Shown: in pieces, positions 18,585 through 29,507 of the stretch | Numbering within the stretch: position 1 is the stretch's first letter | Layout: every line of letters begins with the position of its first letter | From: a virus | Taxonomy: Duplodnaviria > Heunggongvirae > Uroviricota > Caudoviricetes | Direction: 5' to 3' (one strand) | Length of the DNA stretch: 35,520 nucleotides | Virus record (IMG/VR): IMGVR_UViG_2724679293_000011 | Notes under the pieces: model-generated | Databases searched by the model: none | Seen by the model: only the letters and a program-made list of their open reading frames with translations | What the model was told of the DNA's origin: nothing | Program-made: the position numbers and the translations under genes

Positions 18585-18796
18585 CAGAACCTCGCCAGCC
18601 GGTACCCGGGATGCCCCCGTCGTCGTGTAATCAGAGCCGCAAGGCGGCGCTCCCACTCCTGCCGTCCCTGCCGGATCTCAGATAAGTTTTCCATGGTCAT
18701 CTGCTGACCATTAAAGGTGACGGATTTTCCGTCCAGCACCGCCATTTCAGCTTCCGTATAACGCTGAATCATGGCTTCGATATCATTCTGGTTCAT
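18584..18796 (-). CDS. Head-tail joining protein W-like
   Basis: About 70 aa; C-terminus ...TRRRGHPGYRLARF resembles the lambda gpW C-terminus (...RRRGPAGFYV) as recalled; GGAGG ribosome-binding site; directly after the large terminase. Confidence 0.7.
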   Translation of the reverse strand: MNQNDIEAMIQRYTEAEMAVLDGKSVTFNGQQMTMENLSEIRQGRQEWERRLAALITRRRGHPGYRLARF

Positions 18797-20892
18797 AACC
18801 ATCCTCCGGAAGTCAGCCAGGGGTTAACATCGTCAGTTACTGTTTTCTTCCGTTTTTGTTTTTTAACAGGCGTGGATACCGGTTCCGGTGAGGATGACGG
18901 TTCGGTACTGTCCTGGACACACTCCAGCCAGGTCTCCCGGCTCGCCCACTCCGGTGCATCCGGCCAGCGGATCTTTTCGTATCCATGCAGAATGACCAGA
19001 GCCTCGGCATACACCATCAGGTCAAAAGCTTCGTTGGCACCGCGACCCGGCTTACTCCATTTCCCGTCACTGCTCCGCTCTTCATACGTCAGTTCGTCGT
19101 AAAACCAGCTCCCCAGCCAGTCAGGGAAATGCACATAGCCGGGACCTGGCGAGTCACGCCATAACGCGTTATTCACCCGGTCTTTCAGGGCATCCGTCTG
19201 AAGAAGCCAGAGCGGCACATCACCTGCGGCCTGCGCCCGTCGGCCCGTTCGTCCGGTGTTATCAGGGAATGTACGGGTGATCAGTTTTGCGCGCCGGATG
19301 CTGTCGCCCTTAAACAGGTAAATACGTTTACCAAGGCCATCACGACGGCAACGACGCCAGAATTTATAGGCATTATCAGTGACCCCGTCTTCACCGCCGG
19401 AGTCCACCGCCATTGCCATCAGTCGCATTTGTTGAGAAGGGTCGGAGGCCAGCGGCCAGCTTTTATGAAAAACATCCGTCAGCAGGACATCCCAGTCTTC
19501 CGGATAGCTGGCTGGATCAATTCGCTGGCTCTCCCCGTCGCTGTCACCGCGCAATGACTGCGTGATGTTGTAACGATCAATAATCCAGCGTTCGCCACGG
19601 CTGCCATAGCCCGTTACCTGAACCACAAAACGGCGATGACGTCCCGCCTGCACATCCACTGTCGCCACAAGGAAATTAACGCCATCCGGCACACTGCGGG
19701 AAGGAACTGGCTCTGCCCGCTGCTCAAGCAATTCACTTTTTCGTTGCTCCATGCTGGCACGAGGAAGATAAGGCAATCCCCAGTCGGTGTTGATAACCGC
19801 CCTGAGTGTTTCTTCGCTTCCTGTCGCTTCATACTCCTGTTCTGCAGTCAGTAATTTGTAAACCAGTTGCGCCCAGGTCTGATACGCAGCAGCTGGCCCT
19901 TCCATCCAGAAACTGGCGATACGGGAGCGGCGCGGTTCACCGGAAACGTTGCCGTTACGATCAATGACCTGACCTTCACGCAACCAGACTCCTGCACTAT
20001 TGAGCTCACGCTTTTTCTCCGCAGTGATAATGCCGCTGCAGTGCGGGCAAAGTAGATACGCCGCCTCACTGGCTTTAAAGGGATCCGGTTCATTACGGTA
20101 GCCGGTCATGGCATCCATGGCTGGCTGAAAATATTCACCGCAGTGCGGACATGACCAGTACCAGCGGCGGCGGTCACCACGATTGTAAAGGGAAAGAATA
20201 CCAGTCGTCGGTGGCGCTTCATGAGGCGACTTACGTCGCCATTTGCTGTCGCAGATGTCACGTCCCGGCGAGCTCTCCACCAGAGTCATCCCGGCGGACA
20301 TAAATGTGGTGGTACGTTTTGAGGCCAGGGAGAAACCATCCCCCTCGCTGTCGATATTCTCCGGAAAACGGTCGTAATCGGTTAAGGCGACAAACCGGTA
20401 ATCCGACGACGACATAATGTTGACCGAGGGCCAACCAATTTTAAGGAACGAGCCATCCCTGAACGTCTTATCATGGACATTATTGTCGTTACGACGTGGA
20501 CTCATTCTTTTCTTTACCGCCGCACTGCTTCTGAACGTTCTGTCGAGGCGCTTTTTAGAATGCTCGCGGGCCTTATCTTCGGTCATCTGCACAACGAGCA
20601 TGTCCGAAGGATCGCAAACGATGGTATAGACAATCCATCCATCGATCAGACCAATGGTCTTCCCTGTTCGCGCAGGACCAACAAAAATCACCGCATCGTA
20701 TTCACGCGATGCCAGGCAGTTCATGGGCTCAATGATGTAGGGTGTCAGTTCAGGATCCCATGGCACCGAGTTACCAGCCCCCTTGGGAACACGCATGAAT
20801 TTTTTAACAGCCTCCGAAATCGGCATGCGACGTGGTGGGGAAAATCCTGCCGATATGTCCCTTCCCAAATTTCGGGCTGATGAAAAACCCAT
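18793..20892 (-). CDS. Terminase large subunit (lambda gpA family)
   Basis: 699 aa; two CPHC zinc-finger-like motifs (SCPHCGEYFQ, LLCPHCSGII) as in lambda gpA; GGAGG ribosome-binding site; follows the small subunit. Confidence 0.9.
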   Translation of the reverse strand: MGFSSARNLGRDISAGFSPPRRMPISEAVKKFMRVPKGAGNSVPWDPELTPYIIEPMNCLASREYDAVIFVGPARTGKTIGLIDGWIVYTIVCDPSDMLVVQMTEDKAREHSKKRLDRTFRSSAAVKKRMSPRRNDNNVHDKTFRDGSFLKIGWPSVNIMSSSDYRFVALTDYDRFPENIDSEGDGFSLASKRTTTFMSAGMTLVESSPGRDICDSKWRRKSPHEAPPTTGILSLYNRGDRRRWYWSCPHCGEYFQPAMDAMTGYRNEPDPFKASEAAYLLCPHCSGIITAEKKRELNSAGVWLREGQVIDRNGNVSGEPRRSRIASFWMEGPAAAYQTWAQLVYKLLTAEQEYEATGSEETLRAVINTDWGLPYLPRASMEQRKSELLEQRAEPVPSRSVPDGVNFLVATVDVQAGRHRRFVVQVTGYGSRGERWIIDRYNITQSLRGDSDGESQRIDPASYPEDWDVLLTDVFHKSWPLASDPSQQMRLMAMAVDSGGEDGVTDNAYKFWRRCRRDGLGKRIYLFKGDSIRRAKLITRTFPDNTGRTGRRAQAAGDVPLWLLQTDALKDRVNNALWRDSPGPGYVHFPDWLGSWFYDELTYEERSSDGKWSKPGRGANEAFDLMVYAEALVILHGYEKIRWPDAPEWASRETWLECVQDSTEPSSSPEPVSTPVKKQKRKKTVTDDVNPWLTSGGWL

Positions 20893-20900
20893 TATTCCTC

Positions 20901-21428
20901 CTAGAGACTCTCTCCTTCCTCATCAGGAATTAATTCAGCAGCACAAGCCTCGTAGGATTTTTCCTGAAGAGTGTATCGCAGGTCATCAATGGCCTGCTGT
21001 ACAACGCCGACGGCCTGAGGAGTCAGGGCGCAATCGCGTTCAAGAACATCCGGAATTGTCTCCAGAACCTGGACGACAGCCTTTCTCATGGACGAATAGA
21101 CGATGACTACTTCATCAACGGGGATGAGTTTTCGCTGCTCCTTTTCCAGCTTGATCCTTTCATTTTCAGACTGGTACCAGTCCTTTCTCTCTTTCGGCTC
21201 CATACGGGATGGATCATGAACAGAGTCTGCTGCCTCATGCTTCACACTAAACAGGGCTGGCCCGACATGCTGCAGGGCGTAAACGGGGTTCCCCCTGACA
21301 GTCGCAGCCACAGGAGTGTTAGCCGCGAGGAGCCGTTTTTTTACTGTGTCCCGGTGAAGCCCAAAGGCCTCAGCGATTTTAAAAACACTCCAGTAATAAG
21401 CATCACCGATCCCGCTCACATTTGACAT
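20901..21428 (-). CDS. Terminase small subunit (Nu1/NohA-like, N-terminal HTH)
   Basis: N-terminal HTH (SVFKIAEAFGLHRDTVKKRL), acidic C-terminus. The start is uncertain: the ORF extends to 21458, but the ATG at 21428 has the better ribosome-binding site. Confidence 0.8.
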   Translation of the reverse strand: MSNVSGIGDAYYWSVFKIAEAFGLHRDTVKKRLLAANTPVAATVRGNPVYALQHVGPALFSVKHEAADSVHDPSRMEPKERKDWYQSENERIKLEKEQRKLIPVDEVVIVYSSMRKAVVQVLETIPDVLERDCALTPQAVGVVQQAIDDLRYTLQEKSYEACAAELIPDEEGESL

Positions 21429-21599
21429 AAGCAACTCCATCTGGCAGGTGAAAATCATGTTTATTTATATATTTCAATTAATTGCAAACTGGTCTAATGA
21501 CAGGGAGAAAGAAATATTGTACAGGTGAAAAGAGAAATAACTTTTAATTATCAATAAATTACCAAACATGCTGCCGCCGCCATGGAAATGCAAAAACTA

Positions 21600-21680
21600 G
21601 CCTTTTTCCGCGACGCTCCCGCCCCGTGGCAGGGGCCCCCACCGGGAGGACCCGACAGCCTGACAGCCTGACAGCCGTGA
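21600..21680. other. Candidate cos site (cosN/cosB-like GC-rich element) about 170 bp upstream of the terminase small subunit gene
   Basis: The minus strand reads CGGGGCGGGAGCGTCGCGG, resembling the lambda cosN end GGGCGGCGACCTCGCGG as recalled. It is a GC-rich island in an AT-rich intergenic region, with three tandem GACAGCC heptamers alongside. Confidence 0.3.
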
Positions 21681-21812
21681 TGAGCATCTGATACAGCGCT
21701 TTACATAATGGCATAGGAATAATTCAGAAGGACATCACAGCATGCCCACACAAATTAGTGTGAGTGTCCTGTTTCTTCCTACGCACAGGACTGACGAGCA
21801 TGAGGGGAAAAT

Positions 21813-21980
21813 ATGCGAACCATAAATGCCTCATCTTCAGCAATGCAACCGGCATCCGAACAGGACGATATTGTAAATTCACCTAATTACGAGGACATTG
21901 CAGTAGTTGAATTGCAGCTCTGTATTAGCCTGACAGTGACAGAATGCGATATTGACTCTGTCACAGGTGAAATAGTTTGA
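21813..21980 (+). CDS. Hypothetical small acidic protein (55 aa)
   Basis: ATG preceded by GAGGGG at 5-nt spacing; below the ORF-track size cut-off; function unknown. Confidence 0.3.
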   Translation: MRTINASSSAMQPASEQDDIVNSPNYEDIAVVELQLCISLTVTECDIDSVTGEIV

Positions 21981-22000
21981 ATGATTAGCAGTTATGGTGC

Positions 22001-22207
22001 TCAGTCAACCACCAGGGAATAATCCTTCGAATTCTTATCGTGCTTCACCAACGCTGCCTCAATTGCCCTGAATGCTTCCAGAGACACCTGATGTTCTATA
22101 CATGCAATTACAACATCCGGGTAACTCATAGAAATGGTGCTATTAAGCATATTTTTTACACGAATCAGATCCAACGAGACTTCATCAGCAGATTGTTCTT
22201 TATTCAT
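22001..22207 (-). CDS. Hypothetical protein (68 aa)
   Basis: ORF with a GGAG ribosome-binding site; convergent with the 55-aa ORF; no family recognised. Confidence 0.45.
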   Translation of the reverse strand: MNKEQSADEVSLDLIRVKNMLNSTISMSYPDVVIACIEHQVSLEAFRAIEAALVKHDKNSKDYSLVVD

Positions 22208-22507
22208 TTTGTCGCTCCATGCGTTTGCTCGTCATCTAGCGGTTAAAATATTACTTCAAATCTTACTGCATAAAAGAGGAAAAGTATGAAAGTTTGAGTA
22301 CATCGACCTTACATACATCTGTCGGTTGCATATCCCTCCTGGATGCCAGCAAGGCTCAATTTTGTTACGCAATCAACACTATTCATTAAAAACAGGCTTA
22401 ATATTTGACATAAATCATCAACAAAACACAAAGAGGTCAGACCAGATTGAAACAATAAACACGATAATGCTAACTACGCGCCATCGTATCACATGGAAGG
22501 TTTACCA

Positions 22508-22918
22508 ATGGCTCAGGCTGCCATTTTTAAAGAAATATTCGATCAAGTGCGTAAAGATTTAAACTGTGAATTATTTTATTCTGAGCTAAAACGTCACAAT
22601 GTCTCACTTTATATTTACTATTTAGCCACAGATAATATTCACATTGTGTTAGAAAACGACAACATAGTGTTAGTAAAAGGACTCAAAAAGGTTGTAAATG
22701 TTAAATTCTCCAGAAACAAACATCTTATAGAGACCTCCTATAATAAGTTGAAATCAAAAGAAATCACATTTCAACAATACAGGGAAAATCTTGCTAAAGC
22801 AGGAGTTTTCCGATGGGTTACAAATATCCAGGAACACCAAAGATATTACTATGCCTTTGATAACTCATTACTATTTACTGAAAGCATCCAGAAAACTACA
22901 CAGATCTTACCACGCTAA
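22508..22918 (+). CDS. ydfO: DUF1398-family protein (YdfO/YbcV-like prophage moron)
   Basis: 136 aa from [19 protein letters not shown]... with a GGAAGG ribosome-binding site; same length and gene neighbourhood (between the packaging genes and gnsB/cspI) as K-12 Qin ydfO as recalled. Confidence 0.75.
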   Translation: MAQAAIFKEIFDQVRKDLNCELFYSELKRHNVSLYIYYLATDNIHIVLENDNIVLVKGLKKVVNVKFSRNKHLIETSYNKLKSKEITFQQYRENLAKAGVFRWVTNIQEHQRYYYAFDNSLLFTESIQKTTQILPR

Positions 22919-23069
22919 ACCATAACGTCCGGCTTCTCTCACTCCTGAGCCGGACTGCATTGGTTTAATAAAAACCATCAACAATTGTGATTTAGATATT
23001 CGGAACCATTCAAATATAACAAAACCCCGTAAAAACGAGGTTTATGGATAAATTTTATTATTGAATACA

Positions 23070-23243
23070 TCAGATTAAATTAATCTTGACATCATAGCTT
23101 TCAAGACCCGTCATTTTTTCCCGTGCGGTAAACTGAATACTGGTAACTTCTTTCCCGGTCTTTTTCTTAAGTTCAATAATTTTTTTTGTTATATATTCAG
23201 AAATATCTGCTTCTGCTTTTGTTTTTAAGTTTTCAATATTCAT
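23070..23243 (-). CDS. gnsB: Gns-family protein (GnsB-like)
   Basis: 57 aa, MNIENLKTKAEADISEYITKKIIELKKKTGKEVTSIQFTAREKMTGLESYDVKINLI, read directly from the sequence; below the ORF-track cut-off; resembles GnsA/GnsB. Confidence 0.75.
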   Translation of the reverse strand: MNIENLKTKAEADISEYITKKIIELKKKTGKEVTSIQFTAREKMTGLESYDVKINLI

Positions 23244-23414
23244 CATTTCCTCTTTTAGTCTGTTATGACTTTCCAGTTACACAGTAAGTCGATTATATGG
23301 TGCAAACGTGTAAAAGATAAGATGAAACATCGCAATAATCAACATACGATAGTCTAAATTTTACACAAACAGACAAAGAAAATTTTCCTGAATTATCAAT
23401 ACAATAGCATCAAA

Positions 23415-23645
23415 TCAACTCAAGAGCCTTATTGCTGCTTCCAGAATTTCTTCTGAAGTAACATGTCGATCCGCGGCTACATAAATGACTTTATGATCTC
23501 CGGTCAGAGATGGAAACCCTGCGGCCATTACAGTAAGGTGTGTTTTTTCGCCATTTGGATATTCACGCATGATGGTGTTAACTCCAGTCATCGCTGGCAC
23601 TACCACTGCTGGTTCAGAGTTAAAAAAAACTATGATTTTTTTCAT
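23415..23645 (-). CDS. Hypothetical protein (76 aa)
   Basis: Start at MKKIIVFFNSE...; preceded by a hairpin plus T-run terminator at about 23691-23715; no family recognised. Confidence 0.45.
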   Translation of the reverse strand: MKKIIVFFNSEPAVVVPAMTGVNTIMREYPNGEKTHLTVMAAGFPSLTGDHKVIYVAADRHVTSEEILEAAIRLLS

Positions 23646-23916
23646 GATGTTACCGTAGTATGTGAGTATCCATCGAATAGATACCAAGCAAAAAAGCTCC
23701 CGAAGGAGCCTTCATTTTCACTTTTTTAAATCCAACGACAGACGGCTGGCATTTAAGTATTGTGAAATATTATCAAATGTAATCATCATTGATTTACAAA
23801 AGATACATTTTGCCCCGAAAGGATTCATGTCAGAAACATCAAAAGATGATGTTCTATACTGGGAACCATGACAACACGGGCATCTAAAGTGAATATGGTT
23901 TGTAATATTGTCTACC

Positions 23917-24129
23917 TCAAAGCGCCACTACATGAACAGCGGCAGGACCTTTAGGTCCGTTCTCAATACCAAATTCAACTTCCTGATTCTCAGTTAATGT
24001 TTTGAAATCGTTGCTCTGAATTGCTGAGAAATGGACAAACACATCTTTGCTGCCATCTTTCGGCGTGATGAAACCAAAACCTTTTTCAGGGTTAAACCAT
24101 TTCACTAAACCAGTCATTTTGTTAGACAT
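23917..24129 (-). CDS. cspI: Cold shock protein (CspA family), CspI-like
   Basis: 70 aa, [70 protein letters not shown], with RNP1/RNP2 cold-shock-domain motifs; a long AT-rich leader upstream (24130-24480) is typical of csp genes. Confidence 0.9.
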   Translation of the reverse strand: MSNKMTGLVKWFNPEKGFGFITPKDGSKDVFVHFSAIQSNDFKTLTENQEVEFGIENGPKGPAAVHVVAL

Positions 24130-24490
24130 AATTATTACCTTTTGAAGAAATTAGCCCTTGGGCAGAATGGTCCGAAAAAAATATCAGAGAGAAAAACCAA
24201 CAAGGAAATCTCAAGAGGTACAAATAATAAAATTATAACAATGACTGCTTCAGATAAATTTGTAACAAACCAGAACACCATTAACGCATGATTAACCACC
24301 CATAGCAAGGATTACTTTTGTAAAGAAAAACACAGCAATGAAAGAATAGCTTTATTTATTAATAAAACGTGTCATTCTGATTAAGACCTTTTATCTTACC
24401 CTTAAGATTTCAGGAATTTTGGCTCATGGAAGAGTCCTTTTTATTTAAATTTTACATTCCGCGATGTAAATGTTCCGATTTAATATTACC

Positions 24491-25514
<1,024 letters not shown>

Positions 25515-25518
<4 letters not shown>

Positions 25519-25826
25519 ATATATTTATGATGAGGACGCTCGTGCTTATTGGCAGGATTTTCAATCTTAAAGGAGTACTGATGCTGCAGATAAGACTCAA
25601 CTTTTTCTGACAATTTTTCTGCTACTTCCAGGAAGACTTGCCGGACGCTCCTTCTGGCTGCTGCCTCATAAAACTCCAGCGCAGCTCCTTCAACACGGTC
25701 CATGGCGACATCCAGGTCAAAAATTTCACCGTCAAAGCGTTCCTTGTCCTGTAAGGCTACAGTTACCGTAACTTTATTCTCAAAATTACGGACTCCTTTC
25801 ACAACCAGTTCATAGTCTTGAGTCAT
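25515..25826 (-). CDS. ydfR: DUF1327-family protein (YdfR-like) between holin and lysozyme
   Basis: 103-aa ORF translationally coupled to the lysozyme; position matches K-12 Qin ydfR as recalled. Confidence 0.65.
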
Positions 25827-25830
25827 TGGA

Positions 25831-26046
25831 TTACTCTCCTCTCGCAGCCTTACGCCTGTCTTCTTTAATCTTGAAATAAAGATTTGTCAGATACGTCAGC
25901 AGGCCAAAAACCAGGCTACCCAGCACACCGATTGCAGCCCACTGTGACGGAGTTACTTTATCGAGTAACTGTAATGCCCAGAAACCAGCATTACCCGCCG
26001 ATGTGCCATAGGCAACACCTGTTGTTAACTTATCCATTGATTTCAT
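25831..26046 (-). CDS. essQ: Holin
   Basis: 71 aa from [71 protein letters not shown]; two hydrophobic segments and a charged C-terminus; first gene of the lysis cassette. Confidence 0.85.
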   Translation of the reverse strand: MKSMDKLTTGVAYGTSAGNAGFWALQLLDKVTPSQWAAIGVLGSLVFGLLTYLTNLYFKIKEDRRKAARGE

Positions 26047-26265
26047 ATCCTCACCCCGATGTACACGGATGGTGCAATATGTTTGAAAAAGATCGGAGTC
26101 TACGGGGTAGTTTTGACAGCACACGTTGTTCTCAACGGCGCTAAAGAAACATACACATTAAAAATGTGAGTAATTATTTTGAAAGAAAGTCATATATAAA
26201 ATAATAATACGAGAAATGTTTTCATATTTAGTGTACTGTATACGGCCATTATACAGGAAAAGCCT

Positions 26266-26436
26266 ATGTCAGAACGTAAAGACTCAAAATCACGCCGTAA
26301 TTATCTCGTTAAATGTTCCTGCCCAAACTGCACCCAAGAGTCAGAACACAGTTTTTCAAGAGTACAAAAAGGTGCCCTTTTGATCTGCCCTCATTGCAAC
26401 AAAGTATTCCAGACAAATCTTAAAGCTGTAGCCTGA
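26266..26436 (+). CDS. Small zinc-ribbon protein (56 aa, two CxxC pairs), YnfU-like
   Basis: MSERKDSKSRRNYLVKCSCPNCTQESEHSFSRVQKGALLICPHCNKVFQTNLKAVA read from the sequence; AGGAAA ribosome-binding site; below the ORF-track cut-off. Confidence 0.55.
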   Translation: MSERKDSKSRRNYLVKCSCPNCTQESEHSFSRVQKGALLICPHCNKVFQTNLKAVA

Positions 26437-26494
26437 TTGATTTTATTAGTAACAAGTATTTTTTATATTTTAATAATATATTTAAAGCAGATAA

Positions 26495-26518
26495 TAAAAA
26501 ACCCGCCTGAGCGGGTTT
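26495..26518 (-). terminator. Rho-independent terminator downstream of cspB
   Basis: acccgcc-tga-gcgggt hairpin preceded by A6 on the plus strand (hairpin plus TTTTTTATTAT on the minus strand). Confidence 0.45.
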
Positions 26519-26799
26519 GAGATTGTGGTGCTTTTTGTGGGAGTCATCCACTTACGCACTTTGTTTTGCGATGCCAGCAGTTAGCTTCTGCTGTGAAACT
26601 ATTCATGCAGCAAACCTGCACTTCACCACAATGGTTAGCATACTTTTCCTGATTAAGATTTTGCCAAATATGCTAGCCATTGTTTCATGTATTGGACCTC
26701 CTTACTTTTTATTAAAGAGATCCAATATTCACTACTCTGTCCGTATCTCTACTCAGGCATCAGCCTTCTTCGTTATCGTATACAGACGAGCGATGAATT

Positions 26800-27015
26800 T
26801 TAATCAGTAATGATGACATTTGCTGCTGCAGGACCTTTAGCACCTCTCTCTATAGAGAAGGTAACCTTTTGACCTTCAAATAAGGTTCGATAATTATCAT
26901 TCTGAATCGCAGAAAAATGCACAAACACATCTTTACTACCATCAACAGGAGAAATAAAGCCGAAACCTTTATCAGCGTTAAACCATTTTACTAAACCAGT
27001 CATTTTATTTGACAT
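26800..27015 (-). CDS. cspB: Cold shock protein CspB-like
   Basis: 71 aa, [71 protein letters not shown]. Confidence 0.9.
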   Translation of the reverse strand: MSNKMTGLVKWFNADKGFGFISPVDGSKDVFVHFSAIQNDNYRTLFEGQKVTFSIERGAKGPAAANVIITD

Positions 27016-27325
27016 TCTACATTCCTTAACTTGAGCCTTTCGGCATAAATGGTTTGCATAACAGAAACGACTTCGTACTTAATTGGAGAGACTCAAAGAA
27101 GGAATAAGTGAATAACACCTGAAATGAGAACTGCTTTAGTAAACTACTTCGTATATCGTCTGTTCTTCAAACCGACGCAGTCATTAACTCATAGTTGAAC
27201 ATATGAAGCAATGTTTATTTTAGACATCCAGCCACCTTCAATCCTATCAAAAAAGTAGTTTTCTCCAGGAACGTGTGTATGGTGCACCAGGTTATCAGTA
27301 TTAAGGAGTTTTTCTGTCCCCTAAA

Positions 27326-27522
27326 ATGACAGGAATTGTCAAAAACTTTGACTACAAAAGCAGCAAAGGTCTTATATTCCCATCCGATGGCGTATCGATG
27401 CCCAGCTTCACGTTTCAGCTCTCAATCTTCGAGATGCAGAAGAAATTACCACAGGATTACGCGTGGAATTTTGCTGGATAAATGGTTCGCGTGGACCTTC
27501 AACTGCCAATGTTTATCCCGGG
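27326..27522 (+). pseudogene. cspF: Cold-shock gene remnant (CspF-like) disrupted by a 1-nt frameshift and loss of the normal stop
   Basis: Frame A from the ATG at 27326 gives [22 protein letters not shown], then goes out of frame around 27390. The Csp-like continuation [42 protein letters not shown] is in the next frame and reads on for about 100 more codons. Confidence 0.55.
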
Positions 27523-27557
27523 ATGAGATTCAATATCTCTATTGCCCCATTTAAAGC

Positions 27558-27597
27558 ACAAAAACCCGCTTATAAGCGGGTTTTCTACTTTTTTCTA
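27558..27597. terminator. Bidirectional rho-independent terminator (candidate tR' for the late promoter; also ends the cspF-like transcript)
   Basis: cccgcttataagcggg hairpin flanked by an A-run upstream and a T-run downstream. Confidence 0.5.
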
Positions 27598-27630
27598 AAC
27601 GTCGGATACACAAAGCCCATCGTTGAGAAA

Positions 27631-27659
27631 ATCTTATCCATATTTTTTGAAAAATGCAA
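27631..27659 (-). promoter_or_regulatory. Candidate Q-dependent late promoter (pR'-like) immediately downstream of Q
   Basis: On the minus strand: TTGCAT, 17-nt spacer, TAAGAT, about 40 bp downstream of the Q stop and just upstream of the terminator hairpin. Confidence 0.3.
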
Positions 27660-27690
27660 ACATCATGTCGCCATCTTCAGCAAAAATCAT

Positions 27691-28443
27691 TTATCTCGTC
27701 ACCTTCCTCAATTGCGCTTCCGCGTATGCTTCTTCCTGCCAGCACTTTGTTACCAGTTTACCAATGACGTCCGCATACCCCTTATACCACTGATAATCGG
27801 TCAGGTCTGGTACCAGCTTCTGGACATGACGTCGTGCCAGCGTGGTCGGTAAACGACTAAACCGGTTTCCATTACAACGCCCACAAATCTTATATACCGG
27901 TACGCCATGAAACCGGGTTCTTTTTTCATCCAGAACAATCCCTTTACCCTTACACCCTCTGCACGCTGTGCTGACTTCGCCCTTACCATGGCAATGCTGA
28001 CATAGTTCCTTCACCCATTCTTCCTTGATTACAGATTCCCCGCGTCTGTAGTGTTTCACCACTTCGCGCAATACATTATAAAATCCCGTACCTGAACAAT
28101 GCTCACAGCGAGCCTTACTTGCCGCAGACCTGGAGTAATCAGCAAAGGCAAAATTCACGAGGTAAGGAATAATCTGTAACCGGATTTCTTCACTCAATTT
28201 GTTCAATGTCGGGTTATCCAGTGCCATCGCGTAATTTAGCAGGCCTTCAATCGCAAACTGAGCGTCCTGAACACCAACTTTTGCCAGAAATAAGGCCAAC
28301 CCAAGTGGTGCTTTCGACTGCACCATCCCCTGCGCTGCCATTACATCCGTAATTGTTAAACAACCGGTGCCTGTCGCTGGAGCGTCATCGCTCAATTTTG
28401 GAGATTTTGGGGAGTAATATTTTGGTAAGGCTTCAAGGTTCAT
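27691..28443 (-). CDS. Q: Late-gene antitermination protein Q
   Basis: About 250 aa from [15 protein letters not shown]...; several CxxC zinc-binding-like motifs ([30 protein letters not shown]); sits upstream of the lysis cassette. Confidence 0.85.
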   Translation of the reverse strand: MNLEALPKYYSPKSPKLSDDAPATGTGCLTITDVMAAQGMVQSKAPLGLALFLAKVGVQDAQFAIEGLLNYAMALDNPTLNKLSEEIRLQIIPYLVNFAFADYSRSAASKARCEHCSGTGFYNVLREVVKHYRRGESVIKEEWVKELCQHCHGKGEVSTACRGCKGKGIVLDEKRTRFHGVPVYKICGRCNGNRFSRLPTTLARRHVQKLVPDLTDYQWYKGYADVIGKLVTKCWQEEAYAEAQLRKVTR

Positions 28444-28456
28444 GCTCGTTCTCCAC

Positions 28457-29506
28457 TTACGCCAGTACGCCAATTGCCAGCGCGCGATCGATAAAACGAA
28501 ATATCAGCTCCAGTTGGGAGCCATACTTCTCTTCAAATGCCACTGTATCCGTATGCAGCTCGTTGTGATGCTTTCTGCACAAAGGCAACACAAAGAGATC
28601 ATGTGCTTTTGTTCCCATTCCGCCCTGCCCGTGACCAATCAGATGATGCGGATCGTCGGCTGGCATACCGCAGCAAGCACACGGCTGTGTCTTAACCCAA
28701 CGTGTGTATTTCTCCTTAACCCAGCGGCGACGTTTAGGCAGCTTCATGAAAGATTCCGGAGACTCTGGATCAACGGTGATGCTTACCACCGCCTTTTCCT
28801 GTGGTGTTTTTTGTTGCTGGTGGGCGTAAGGCAACGGTGCAAGATTTTTTGTGCGTTGTTTCAATATGCTGGTGGCGGTCTGCTCTCCCGGTACGATGTC
28901 GCTTTCGCGGTACACCGAGCAGATTTTTTCCGCTGGTAATCCCAGCGAACGACGCGATACAGCCTCAGGTAGTGCATCCACCACCTGATTGCAGACCGCC
29001 CACCAGGATAATTCAGCCAAAGATAATTCCCGCTCCTGCGTACCGCTTATTGCGTGACGGATGACGTCAATCACCCATGCTGTCAGATTTTGTTGAGCAA
29101 GCAGCTCCAGTGATTCCGATGTCTGGTCACGCAGTTGGTTGTCGCAGTGCCAACACAACACCATTGCGCCGGTACCATAACGGTGAATGACTGTTTCAGA
29201 GTGATGGTAATCGCCATTAGGCCACTGGCAGGATGTAACATGACGTAATAGCCAGTCAGACAATGCGCCAACACCGCCAGCAGCACGAATCACCCGTTCG
29301 TTACTAAAAAACGGCAGCAATGTTTTGTCTTCCGCCAGCGACTGGCGAACGGCAGGAACGACTCCGGATGGCAGATTACGCATGCTTTTTGGTTCCGGTT
29401 CCACCAGCACTCGAGGATTATGAAATATCTGTATGGATTCACGGCCCGGCTTAAGGACCACCAGCCCAAGCTCAGGCACCAGAACAGGTCTAAGTAATAC
29501 CCGCAC
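28457..29506 (-). CDS. ydfU: DUF968-family protein (YdfU-like)
   Basis: 349 aa if started at the GTG behind GGAGG (the ORF extends to 29545); C-terminal Cys/His-rich region (CACCGMPADDPHHLIGHGQGGMGTKAHD...LCRKHHNELH). Confidence 0.75.
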   Translation of the reverse strand: MRVLLRPVLVPELGLVVLKPGRESIQIFHNPRVLVEPEPKSMRNLPSGVVPAVRQSLAEDKTLLPFFSNERVIRAAGGVGALSDWLLRHVTSCQWPNGDYHHSETVIHRYGTGAMVLCWHCDNQLRDQTSESLELLAQQNLTAWVIDVIRHAISGTQERELSLAELSWWAVCNQVVDALPEAVSRRSLGLPAEKICSVYRESDIVPGEQTATSILKQRTKNLAPLPYAHQQQKTPQEKAVVSITVDPESPESFMKLPKRRRWVKEKYTRWVKTQPCACCGMPADDPHHLIGHGQGGMGTKAHDLFVLPLCRKHHNELHTDTVAFEEKYGSQLELIFRFIDRALAIGVLA

Positions 29507-29507
29507 G

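Noticed and set aside
21651-21680. Tandem GACAGCC repeats considered as a possible CRISPR-like or satellite array
   Set aside because: Only three 7-bp units with no spacers; too short for CRISPR. More plausibly protein-binding sites in the cos region.
23662-23871. 69-aa plus-strand ORF between the 76-aa gene and cspI
   Set aside because: It lies within the terminator and 3' region of cspI, with no ribosome-binding site and a low-complexity translation; likely spurious.
26517-26810. 97-aa plus-strand ORF between the cspB terminator and cspB
   Set aside because: It starts at a TTG with no ribosome-binding site, lies antisense to the cspB 3' region, and has a hydrophobic low-complexity translation typical of AT-rich non-coding DNA. 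Kept only as a possible long cspB 3' UTR.
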